In this document: positions 30,346-44,379 of the stretch, piece after piece
How positions within the stretch are numbered: position 1 is the stretch's first letter
Layout of the letters: each line of letters opens with the position of its first letter
Origin: Eledone cirrhosa
Lineage: Eukaryota
NCBI GenBank assembly: GCA_964016885.1
Contig: OZ024740.1
Span: 427,800,001 to 427,864,000 of the forward strand
Direction of reading: 5' to 3'
DNA: 64,000 nucleotides
Position numbers and translations under genes: made by a program
The notes under the pieces: generated by a model
Database searches by the model: none
Seen by the model: the letters and a program-made list of their open reading frames with translations, nothing else
Told to the model about the DNA's origin: nothing

Positions 30346-32399
30346 AGTGTAACATAGTTATATAAAACTCTACCCTATCTCAGTGCACCATAGTTATAGA
30401 AAACTCTACCCTATCTCAGTGTACCATAGTTATATAAAACTCTACCCTATCTCAGTGTACCATAGTTATATAAAACTCTACCCTATCTCAGTGTTGTATA
30501 GTTATATAAAACTCTACCCTATCTCAGTGTACCATAGTTATATAAAACTCTACCCTATCTCAGTGTTGTATAGTTATATAAAACTCTACCCTATCTCACT
30601 GTACCATAGTTATGTAAAACTCTACCCTATCTCACTGTACCATGGTTATATAAAAATTTACCCTATCTCAGTGTACCATAGTTATATAAAACTCTACCCT
30701 ATCTCAGTGTTGTATAGTTATATAAAACTCTACCCTATCTCAGTGTACCATAGTTATATAAAACTCTACCCTATCTCACTGTTGTATAGTTATATAAAAC
30801 TCTACCCTATCTCAGTGTACCATAGTTATATAAAACTCTACCCTATCTCAGTGTTGTATAGTTATATAAAACTCTACCCTATCTCAGTGTACCATAGTTA
30901 TATAAAACTCTACCCTATCTCAGTGTACCATAGTTATATAAAACTCTACCCTATCTCAGTGTACCATAGTTATATAAAACTCTACCCTATCTCAGAGTAC
31001 CATAGTTATATAAAACTCTACCCTATCTCAGTGTTGTATAGTTATATAAAACACTACCCTATCTCACTGTACCATAGTTATATAAAACTCTACCCTATCT
31101 CAGTGTACCATAGTTATATAAAACTCTACCCTATCTAAGTGTTGTATAGTTATATAAAACTCTACCCTATCTCACTGTACCATAGTTATGTAAAACTCTA
31201 CCCTATCTCAGTGTACCATAGTTATATAAAACTCTACCCTATCTCACTGTACCATGGTTATATAAAAATTTACCCTATCTCAGTGTACCATAGTTATATA
31301 AAACTCTACCCTATCTCACTCTACCATAGTTATATAAAACTCTACCCTATCTCAGTGTACCATAGTTATATAAAACTCTACCCTATCTCAGTGTTGTATA
31401 GTTATATAAAACTCTACCCTATCTCAGTGTACCATAGTTATATAAAACTCTACCCTATCTCACTGTTGTATAGTTATATAAAACTCTACCCTATCTCAGT
31501 GTACCATAGTTATATAAAACTCTACCCTATCTCAGTGTTGTATAGTTATATAAAACTCTACCCTATCTCAGTGTACCATAGTTATATAAAACTCTACCCT
31601 ATCTCAGTGTACCATAGTTATATAAAACTCTACCCTATCTCAGTGTACCATAGTTATATAAAACTCTACCCTATCTCACTGTACCATGGTTATATAAAAA
31701 TTTACCCTATCTCAGTGTACCATAGTTATATAAAACTCTACCCTATCTCACTCTACCATAGTTATATAAAACTCTACCCTATCTCAGTGTACCATAGTTA
31801 TATAAAACTCTACCCTATCTCACTCTACCATAGATATATAAAACTCTACCCTATCTCAGTGCACCATAGTTATAGAAAACTCTACCCTATCTCAGTGTAC
31901 CATAATTATATAAAACTCTACCCTATCTCAGTGTACCATAGTTATATAAAACTCTACCCTATCTCAGTGTTGTATAGTTATATAAAACTCTACCCTATCT
32001 CAGTGTACCATAGTTATATAAAACTCTACCCTAACTCACTGTTGTATAGTCATATAAAACTCTACCCTATCTCAGTGTACCATAGTTATATAAAACTCTA
32101 CCCTATCTCAGTGTTGTATAGTTATATAAAACTCTACCCTATCTCAGTGTACCATAGTTATATAAAACTCTACCCTATCTCAGTGTACCATAGTTATATA
32201 AAACTCTACCCTATCTCAGTGTACCATAGTTATATAAAACTCTACCCTATCTCAGAGTACCATAGTTATATAAAACTCTACCCTATCTCAGTGTTGTATA
32301 GTTATATAAAACACTACCCTATCTCACTGTACCATAGTTATATAAAACTCTACCCTATCTCAGTGTACCATAGTTATATAAAACTCTACCCTATCTCAG

Positions 32400-35300
32400 T
32401 GTTGTATAGTTATATAAAACTCTACCCTATCTCAGTGTACCATAGTTATATAAAACTCTACCCTATCTCAGTGTACCATAGTTATATAAAACTCTACCCT
32501 ATCTCAGTGTACCATAGTTATATAAAACTCTACACTATCTCACTGTACCATAGTTATATAAAACTCTACCCTATCTCACTGTACCATAGTTATATAAAAC
32601 TCTACCCTATCTCACTGTACCATAGTTATATAAAACTCTACCCTATCTCAGTGTACCATAGTTATATAAAACTCTACCCTATCTCACTCTACCATAGTTA
32701 TATAAAAATTTACCCTATCTCAGTGTACCATAGTTATATAAAACTCTACCCTATCTCACTCTACCATAGTTATATAAAACTCTACCCTATCTCAGTGTAC
32801 CATAGCTATATAAAACTCTACCCTATCTCAGTGTACCATAGTTATATAAAACTCTACCCTATCTCACTGTACCATAGTTATATAAAACTCTACCCTATCT
32901 CAGTGTACCATAGTTATATAAAACTCTACCCTATCTCAGTGTACCATAGTTATATAAAACTCTACCCTATCTCAGTGCACCATAGTTATAGAAAACTGTA
33001 CGCTATCACAGTATACCATAGTTATATAAAACTCTACCCTATCTCTGTGTACCATAGTTATATAAAACTCTACCCTATCTCAGTGTTGTATAGTTATATA
33101 AAACTCTACCCTATCTCAGTGTACCATAGTTATATAAAACTCTACCCTATCTCAGTGTACCATAGTTATATAAAACTCTACCCTATCTCAGTGTACCATA
33201 GTTATATAAAACTCTACCCTATCTCAGAGTACCATAGTTATATAAAACTCTACCCTATCTCAGTGTTGTATAGTTATATAAAACACTACCCTATCTCACT
33301 GTACCATAGTTATATAAAACTCTACCCTATCTCAGTGTACCATAGTTATATAAAACTCTACCCTATCTCAGTGTTGTATAGTTATATAAAACTCTACCCT
33401 ATCTCACTGTACCATAGTTATGTAAAACTCTACCCTATCTCAGTGTACCATAGTTATATAAAACTCTACCCTATCTCACTGTACCATGGTTATATAAAAA
33501 TTTACCCTATCTCAGTGTACCATAGTTATATAAAACTCTATCCTATCTCACTCTACCATAGTTATATAAAACTCTAACCTATCTCAGTGTACCATAGTTA
33601 TATAAAACTCTACCCTATCTCACTCTACCATAGATATATAAAACTCTACCCTATCTCAGTGCACCATAGTTATAGAAAACTCTACCCTATCTCAGTGTAC
33701 CATAGTTATATAAAACTCTACCCTATCTCAGTGTACCATAGTTATATAAAACTCTACCCTATCTCAGTGTTGTATAGTTATATAAAACTCTACCCTATCT
33801 CAGTGTACCATAGTTATATAAAACTCTACCCTAACTCACTGTTGTATAGTTATATAAAACTCTACCCTATCTCAGTGTACCATAGTTATATAAAACTCTA
33901 CTCTATCTCAGTGTACCATAGTTATATAAAACTCTACCCTATCTCAGTGTACCATAGTTATATAAATCTCTACTCTATCTCAGTGTACCATAGTTATATA
34001 AAATTCTACCCTATCTCAGTGTACCATAGTTATATAAAACTCTACCCTATCTCAGTGTTGTATAGTTATATAAAACACTACCCTATCTCAGTGTACCATA
34101 GTTATATAAAACTCTACCCTATCTCAGTGCACCATAGTTATATAAAACTCTACCCTATCTCAGTGTACCATAGTTATATGAAACTCTACCCTATCTCAGT
34201 GTTGTATAGTTATATAAAACTCTACCCTATCTCAGTGTTGTATAGTTATATAAAACTGTACGCTATCACAGTATACCACAGTTATATAAAACTCTACCCT
34301 ATCTCAGTGTACCATAGTTATATAAAACTCTACCCTATCTCAGTGTTGTATAGTTATATAAAACTCTACCCTATCTCAGTGTACCATAGTTATATAAAAC
34401 TCTACCCTAACTCACTGTTGTATAGTTATATAAAACTCTACCCTTTCTCAGTGTACCATAGTTATATAAAACTCTACTCTATCTCAGTGTACCATAGTTA
34501 TATAAAACTCTACCCTATCTCAGTGTACCATAGTTATATAAAACTCTACTCTATCTCAGTGTACCATAGTTATATAAAACTCTACCCTATCTCAGTGTAC
34601 CATAGTTATATAAAACTCTACCCTATCTCAGTGTTGTATAGTTATATAAAACACTACCCTATCTCAGTGTACCATAGTTATATAAAACTCTACCCTATCT
34701 CAGTGCACCATAGTTATATAAAACTCTACCCTATCTCAGTGTACCATAGTTATATGAAACTCTACCCTATCTCAGTGTTGTATAGTTATATAAAACTCTA
34801 CCCTATCTCAGTGTTGTATAGTTATATAAAACTGTACGCTATCACAGTATACCACAGTTATATAAAACTCTACCCTATCTCAGTGTACCATAGTTATATA
34901 AAACTCTACCCTATCTCACTCTACCATAGTTATATAAAAATTTACCCTATCTCAGTGTACCATAGTTATATAAAACTCTACCCTATCTCACTCTACCATA
35001 GTTATATAAAACTCTACCCTATCTCAGTGTACCATAGCTATATAAAACTCTACCCTATCTCAGTGTACCATAGTTATATAAAACTCTACCCTATCTCACT
35101 GTACCATAGTTATATAAAACTCTACCCTATCTCAGTGTACCATAGTTATATAAAACTCTACCCTATCTCAGTGTACCATAGTTATATAAAACTCTACCCT
35201 ATCTCAGTGTTGTATAGTTATATAAAACTGTACGCTATCACAGTATACCATAGTTATATAAAACTCTACCCTATCTCTGTGTACCATAGTTATATAAAAT

Positions 35301-38300
35301 TCTACCCTATCTCACTCTACCATAGTTATATAAAACTCTACCCTATCTCAGTGTACCATAGTTATATAAAACTCTACTCTATCTCACTGTACCATAGTTA
35401 TATAAAACTCTACCCTATCTCACTGTACCATAGTTATATAAAACTCTACCCTATCTCACTGTACCATAGTTATGTAAAACTCTACCCTATCTCAGTGTAC
35501 CATAGTTATATAAAACTCTACCCTATCTCACTGTACCATGGTTATATAAAAATTTACCCTATCTCAGTGTACCATAGTTATATAAAACTCTACCCTATCT
35601 CACTCTACCATAGTTATATAAAACTCTACCCTATCTCAGTGTACCATAGTTATATAAAACTCTACCCTATCTCAGTGTTGTATAGTTATATAAAACACTA
35701 CCCTATCTCACTGTACCATAGTTATATAAAACTCTACCCTATCTCAGTGTACCATAGTTATATAAAACTCTACCCTATCTCAGTGTTGTATAGTTATATA
35801 AAACTCTACCCTATCTCAGTGTACCATAGTTATATAAAACTCTACCCTATCTCAGTGTACCATAGTTATATAAAACTCTACCCTATCTCAGTGTACCATA
35901 GTTATATAAAACTCTACCCTATCTCAGTGTACCATAGTTATATAAAACTCTACCCTATCTCAGTGTACCATAGTTATATAAAACTCTACACTATCTCACT
36001 GTACCATAGTTATATAAAACTCTACCCTATCTCACTGTACCATAGTTATATAAAACTCTACCCTATCTCACTGTACCATAGTTATATAAAACTCTACCCT
36101 ATCTCAGTGTACCATAGTTATATAAAACTCTACCCTATCTCACTCTACCATAGTTATATAAAAATTTACCCTATCTCAGTGTACCATAGTTATATAAAAC
36201 TCTACCCTATCTCACTCTACCATAGTTATATAAAACTCTACCCTATCTCAGTGTACCATAGCTATATAAAACTCTACCCTATCTCAGTGTACCATAGTTA
36301 TATAAAACTCTACCCTATCTCACTGTACCATAGTTATATAAAACTCTACCCTATCTCAGTGTACCATAGTTATATAAAACTCTACCCTATCTCAGTGTAC
36401 CATAGTTATATAAAACTCTACCCTATCTCAGTGCACCATAGTTATAGAAAACTGTACGCTATCACAGTATACCATAGTTATATAAAACTCTACCCTATCT
36501 CTGTGTACCATAGTTATATAAAACTCTACCCTATCTCAGTGTTGTATAGTTATATAAAACTCTACCCTATCTCAGTGTACCATAGTTATATAAAACTCTA
36601 CCCTATCTCAGTGTACCATAGTTATATAAAACTCTACCCTATCTCAGTGTACCATAGTTATATAAAACTCTACCCTATCTCAGAGTACCATAGTTATATA
36701 AAACTCTACCCTATCTCAGTGTTGTATAGTTATATAAAACACTACCCTATCTCACTGTACCATAGTTATATAAAACTCTACGCTATCTCAGTGTACCATA
36801 GTTATATAAAACTCTACCCTATCTCAGTGTTGTATAGTTATATAAAACTCTACCCTATCTCACTGTACCATAGTTATGTAAAACTCTACCCTATCTCAGT
36901 GTACCATAGTTATATAAAACTCTACCCTATCTCACTGTACCATGGTTATATAAAAATTTACCCTATCTCAGTGTACCATAGTTATATAAAACTCTACCCT
37001 ATCTCACTCTACCATAGTTATATAAAACTCTAACCTATCTCAGTGTACCATAGTTATATAAAACTCTACCCTATCTCACTCTACCATAGATATATAAAAC
37101 TCTACCCTATCTCAGTGCACCATAGTTATAGAAAACTCTACCCTATCTCAGTGTACCATAGTTATATAAAACTCTACCCTATCTCAGTGTACCATAGTTA
37201 TATAAAACTCTACCCTATCTCAGTGTTGTATAGTTATATAAAACTCTACCCTATCTCAGTGTACCATAGTTATATAAAACTCTACCCTAACTCACTGTTG
37301 TATAGTTATATAAAACTCTACCCTATCTCAGTGTACCATAGTTATATAAAACTCTACTCTATCTCAGTGTACCATAGTTATATAAAACTCTACCCTATCT
37401 CAGTGTACCATAGTTATATAAATCTCTACTCTATCTCAGTGTACCATAGTTATATAAAATTCTACCCTATCTCAGTGTACCATAGTTATATAAAACTCTA
37501 CCCTATCTCAGTGTTGTATAGTTATATAAAACACTACCCTATCTCAGTGTACCATAGTTATATAAAACTCTACCCTATCTCAGTGCACCATAGTTATATA
37601 AAACTCTACCCTATCTCAGTGTACCATAGTTATATGAAACTCTACCCTATCTCAGTGTTGTATAGTTATATAAAACTCTACCCTATCTCAGTGTTGTATA
37701 GTTATATAAAACTGTACGCTATCACAGTATACCACAGTTATATAAAACTCTACCCTATCTCAGTGTACCATAGTTATATAAAACTCTACCCTATCTCAGT
37801 GTTGTATAGTTATATAAAACTCTACCCTATCTCAGTGTACCATAGTTATATAAAACTCTACCCTAACTCACTGTTGTATAGTTATATAAAACTCTACCCT
37901 TTCTCAGTGTACCATAGTTATATAAAACTCTACTCTATCTCAGTGTACCATAGTTATATAAAACTCTACCCTATCTCAGTGTACCATAGTTATATAAAAC
38001 TCTACTCTATCTCAGTGTACCATAGTTATATAAAACTCTACCCTATCTCAGTGTACCATAGTTATATAAAACTCTACCCTATCTCAGTGTTGTATAGTTA
38101 TATAAAACACTACCCTATCTCAGTGTACCATAGTTATATAAAACTCTACCCTATCTCAGTGCACCATAGTTATATAAAACTCTACCCTATCTCAGTGTAC
38201 CATAGTTATATGAAACTCTACCCTATCTCAGTGTTGTATAGTTATATAAAACTCTACCCTATCTCAGTGTTGTATAGTTATATAAAACTGTACGCTATCA

Positions 38301-41300
38301 CAGTATACCACAGTTATATAAAACTCTACCCTATCTCAGTGTACCATAGTTATATAAAACTCTACCCTATCTCACTGTACCATAGTTATATAAAACTCTA
38401 CCCTATCTCACTGTACCATAGTTATGTAAAACTCTACCCTATCTCAGTGTACCATAGTTATATAAAACTCTACCCTATCTCACTGTACCATGGTTATATA
38501 AAAATTTACCCTATCTCAGTGTACCATAGTTATATAAAACTCTACCCTATCTCACTCTACCATAGTTATATAAAACTCTACCCTATCTCAGTGTACCATA
38601 GTTATATAAAACTCTACCCTATCTCAGTGTTGTATAGTTATATAAAACACTACCCTATCTCACTGTACCATAGTTATATAAAACTCTACCCTATCTCAGT
38701 GTACCATAGTTATATAAAACTCTACCCTATCTCAGTGTTGTATAGTTATATAAAACTCTACCCTATCTCAGTGTACCATAGTTATATAAAACTCTACCCT
38801 ATCTCAGTGTACCATAGTTATATAAAACTCTACCCTATCTCAGTGTACCATAGTTATATAAAACTCTACCCTATCTCAGTGTACCATAGTTATATAAAAC
38901 TCTACCCTATCTCAGTGTACCATAGTTATATAAAACTCTACACTATCTCACTGTACCATAGTTATATAAAACTCTACCCTATCTCACTGTACCATAGTTA
39001 TATAAAACTCTACCCTATCTCACTGTACCATAGTTATATAAAACTCTACCCTATCTCAGTGTACCATAGTTATATAAAACTCTACCCTATCTCACTCTAC
39101 CATAGTTATATAAAAATTTACCCTATCTCAGTGTACCATAGTTATATAAAACTCTACCCTATCTCACTCTACCATAGTTATATAAAACTCTACCCTATCT
39201 CAGTGTACCATAGCTATATAAAACTCTACCCTATCTCAGTGTACCATAGTTATATAAAACTCTACCCTATCTCACTGTACCATAGTTATATAAAACTCTA
39301 CCCTATCTCAGTGTACCATAGTTATATAAAACTCTACCCTATCTCAGTGTACCATAGTTATATAAAACTCTACCCTATCTCAGTGCACCATAGTTATAGA
39401 AAACTGTACGCTATCACAGTATACCATAGTTATATAAAACTCTACCCTATCTCTGTGTACCATAGTTATATAAAACTCTACCCTATCTCAGTGTTGTATA
39501 GTTATATAAAACTCTACCCTATCTCAGTGTACCATAGTTATATAAAACTCTACCCTATCTCAGTGTACCATAGTTATATAAAACTCTACCCTATCTCAGT
39601 GTACCATAGTTATATAAAACTCTACCCTATCTCAGAGTACCATAGTTATATAAAACTCTACCCTATCTCAGTGTTGTATAGTTATATAAAACACTACCCT
39701 ATCTCACTGTACCATAGTTATATAAAACTCTACGCTATCTCAGTGTACCATAGTTATATAAAACTCTACCCTATCTCAGTGTTGTATAGTTATATAAAAC
39801 TCTACCCTATCTCACTGTACCATAGTTATGTAAAACTCTACCCTATCTCAGTGTACCATAGTTATATAAAACTCTACCCTATCTCACTGTACCATGGTTA
39901 TATAAAAATTTACCCTATCTCAGTGTACCATAGTTATATAAAACTCTACCCTATCTCACTCTACCATAGTTATATAAAACTCTAACCTATCTCAGTGTAC
40001 CATAGTTATATAAAACTCTACCCTATCTCACTCTACCATAGATATATAAAACTCTACCCTATCTCAGTGCACCATAGTTATAGAAAACTCTACCCTATCT
40101 CAGTGTACCATAGTTATATAAAACTCTACCCTATCTCAGTGTACCATAGTTATATAAAACTCTACCCTATCTCAGTGTTGTATAGTTATATAAAACTCTA
40201 CCCTATCTCAGTGTACCATAGTTATATAAAACTCTACCCTAACTCACTGTTGTATAGTTATATAAAACTCTACCCTATCTCAGTGTACCATAGTTATATA
40301 AAACTCTACTCTATCTCAGTGTACCATAGTTATATAAAACTCTACCCTATCTCAGTGTACCATAGTTATATAAATCTCTACTCTATCTCAGTGTACCATA
40401 GTTATATAAAATTCTACCCTATCTCAGTGTACCATAGTTATATAAAACTCTACCCTATCTCAGTGTTGTATAGTTATATAAAACACTACCCTATCTCAGT
40501 GTACCATAGTTATATAAAACTCTACCCTATCTCAGTGCACCATAGTTATATAAAACTCTACCCTATCTCAGTGTACCATAGTTATATGAAACTCTACCCT
40601 ATCTCAGTGTTGTATAGTTATATAAAACTCTACCCTATCTCAGTGTTGTATAGTTATATAAAACTGTACGCTATCACAGTATACCACAGTTATATAAAAC
40701 TCTACCCTATCTCAGTGTACCATAGTTATATAAAACTCTACCCTATCTCAGTGTTGTATAGTTATATAAAACTCTACCCTATCTCAGTGTACCATAGTTA
40801 TATAAAACTCTACCCTAACTCACTGTTGTATAGTTATATAAAACTCTACCCTTTCTCAGTGTACCATAGTTATATAAAACTCTACTCTATCTCAGTGTAC
40901 CATAGTTATATAAAACTCTACCCTATCTCAGTGTACCATAGTTATATAAAACTCTACTCTATCTCAGTGTACCATAGTTATATAAAACTCTACCCTATCT
41001 CAGTGTACCATAGTTATATAAAACTCTACCCTATCTCAGTGTTGTATAGTTATATAAAACACTACCCTATCTCAGTGTACCATAGTTATATAAAACTCTA
41101 CCCTATCTCAGTGCACCATAGTTATATAAAACTCTACCCTATCTCAGTGTACCATAGTTATATGAAACTCTACCCTATCTCAGTGTTGTATAGTTATATA
41201 AAACTCTACCCTATCTCAGTGTTGTATAGTTATATAAAACTGTACGCTATCACAGTATACCACAGTTATATAAAACTCTACCCTATCTCAGTGTACCATA

Positions 41301-42090
41301 GTTATATAAAACTCTACCCTATCTCACTCTACCATAGTTATATAAAAATTTACCCTATCTCAGTGTACCATAGTTATATAAAACTCTACCCTATCTCACT
41401 CTACCATAGTTATATAAAACTCTACCCTATCTCAGTGTACCATAGCTATATAAAACTCTACCCTATCTCAGTGTACCATAGTTATATAAAACTCTACCCT
41501 ATCTCACTGTACCATAGTTATATAAAACTCTACCCTATCTCAGTGTACCATAGTTATATAAAACTCTACCCTATCTCAGTGTACCATAGTTATATAAAAC
41601 TCTACCCTATCTCAGTGTTGTATAGTTATATAAAACTGTACGCTATCACAGTATACCATAGTTATATAAAACTCTACCCTATCTCTGTGTACCATAGTTA
41701 TATAAAATTCTACCCTATCTCACTCTACCATAGTTATATAAAACTCTACCCTATCTCAGTGTACCATAGTTATATAAAACTCTACTCTATCTCACTGTAC
41801 CATAGTTATATAAAACTCTACCCTATCTCACTGTACCATAGTTATATAAAACTCTACCCTATCTCACTGTACCATAGTTATGTAAAACTCTACCCTATCT
41901 CAGTGTACCATAGTTATATAAAACTCTACCCTATCTCACTGTACCATGGTTATATAAAAATTTACCCTATCTCAGTGTACCATAGTTATATAAAACTCTA
42001 CCCTATCTCACTCTACCATAGTTATATAAAACTCTACCCTATCTCAGTGTACCATAGTTATATAAAACTCTACCCTATCTCAGTGTTGTA
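32400..42090. repeat. Three tandem higher-order copies with periods of 3456 bp (96 units) and 2952 bp (82 units)
   Basis: TAA ending at 33577/37033/39985; AATCTCTACTCT at ~33965/37421/40373; CCCTTTCT at 34441/37897/40849. The middle copy lacks 14 monomers near 38375. Confidence 0.9.
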
Positions 42091-44379
42091 TAGTTATATA
42101 AAACTCTACCCTATCTCAGTGTACCATAGTTATATAAAACTCTACCCTATCTCACTGTTGTATAGTTATATAAAACTCTACCCTATCTCAGTGTACCATA
42201 GTTATATAAAACTCTACCCTATCTCAGTGTTGTATAGTTATATAAAACTCTACCCTATCTCAGTGTACCATAGTTATATAAAACTCTACCCTATCTCAGT
42301 GTACCATAGTTATATAAAACTCTACCCTATCTCAGTGTACCATAGTTATATAAAACTCTACCCTATCTCAGAGTACCATAGTTATAGAAAACTCTACCCT
42401 ATCTCAGTGTTGTATAGTTATATAAAACACTACCCTATCTCACTGTACCATAGTTATATAAAACTCTACCCTATCTCAGTGTACCATAGTTATATAAAAC
42501 TCTACCCTATCTCAGTGTTGTATAGTTATATAAAACTCTACCCTATCTCACTGTACCATAGTTATGTAAAACTCTACCCTATCTCACATTACCATGGTTA
42601 TATAAAAATTTACCCTATCTCAGTGTACCATAGTTATATAAAACTCTACCCTATCTCAGTGTTGTATAGTTATATAAAACTCTACCCTATCTCAGTGTAC
42701 CATAGTTATATAAAACTCTACCCTATCTCACTGTTGTATAGTTATATAAAACTCTACCCTATCTCAGTGTACCATAGTTATATAAAACTCTACCCTATCT
42801 CAGTGTTGTATAGTTATATAAAACTCTACCCTATCTCAGTGTACCATAGTTATATAAAACTCTACCCTATCTCAGTGTACCATAGTTATATAAAACTCTA
42901 CCCTATCTCAGTGTACCATAGTTATATAAAACTCTACCCTATCTCAGAGTACCATAGTTATATAAAACTCTACCCTATCTCAGTGTTGTATAGTTATATA
43001 AAACACTACCCTATCTCACTGTACCATAGTTATATAAAACTCTACCCTATCTCAGTGTACCATAGTTATATAAAACTCTACCCTATCTCAGTGTTGTATA
43101 GTTATATAAAACTCTACCCTATCTCACTGTACCATAGTTATGTAAAACTCTACCCTATCTCAGTGTACCATAGTTATATAAAACTCTACCCTATCTCACT
43201 GTACCATGGTTATATAAAAATTTACCCTATCTCAGTGTACCATAGTTATATAAAACTCTACCCTATCTCACTCTACCATAGTTATATAAAACTCTACCCT
43301 ATCTCAGTGTACCATAGTTATATAAAACTCTACCCTATCTCAGTGTTGTATAGTTATATAAAACTCTACCCTATCTCAGTGTACCATAGTTATATAAAAC
43401 TCTACCCTATCTCACTGTTGTATAGTTATATAAAACTCTACCCTATCTCAGTGTACCATAGTTATATAAAACTCTACCCTATCTCAGTGTTGTATAGTTA
43501 TATAAAACTCTACCCTATCTCAGTGTACCATAGTTATATAAAACTCTACCCTATCTCAGTGTACCATAGTTATATAAAACTCTACCCTATCTCAGTGTAC
43601 CATAGTTATATAAAACTCTACCCTATCTCACTGTACCATGGTTATATAAAAATTTACCCTATCTCAGTGTACCATAGTTATATAAAACTCTACCCTATCT
43701 CACTCTACCATAGTTATATAAAACTCTACCCTATCTCAGTGTACCATAGTTATATAAAACTCTACGCTATCTCACTCTACCATAGATATATAAAACTCTA
43801 CCCTATCTCAGTGCACCATAGTTATAGAAAACTCTACCCTATCTCAGTGTACCATAGTTATATAAAACTCTACCCTATCTCAGTGTACCATAGTTATATA
43901 AAACTCTACCCTATCTCAGTGTTGTATAGTTATATAAAACTCTACCCTATCTCAGTGTACCATAGTTATATAAAACTCTACCCTAACTCACTGTTGTATA
44001 GTCATATAAAACTCTACCCTATCTCAGTGTACCATAGTTATATAAAACTCTACCCTATCTCAGTGTTGTATAGTTATATAAAACTCTACCCTATCTCAGT
44101 GTACCATAGTTATATAAAACTCTACCCTATCTCAGTGTACCATAGTTATATAAAACTCTACCCTATCTCAGTGTACCATAGTTATATAAAACTCTACCCT
44201 ATCTCAGAGTACCATAGTTATATAAAACTCTACCCTATCTCAGTGTTGTATAGTTATATAAAACACTACCCTATCTCACTGTACCATAGTTATATAAAAC
44301 TCTACCCTATCTCAGTGTACCATAGTTATATAAAACTCTACCCTATCTCACTCTACCATCGTTATATAAAACTCTACCC

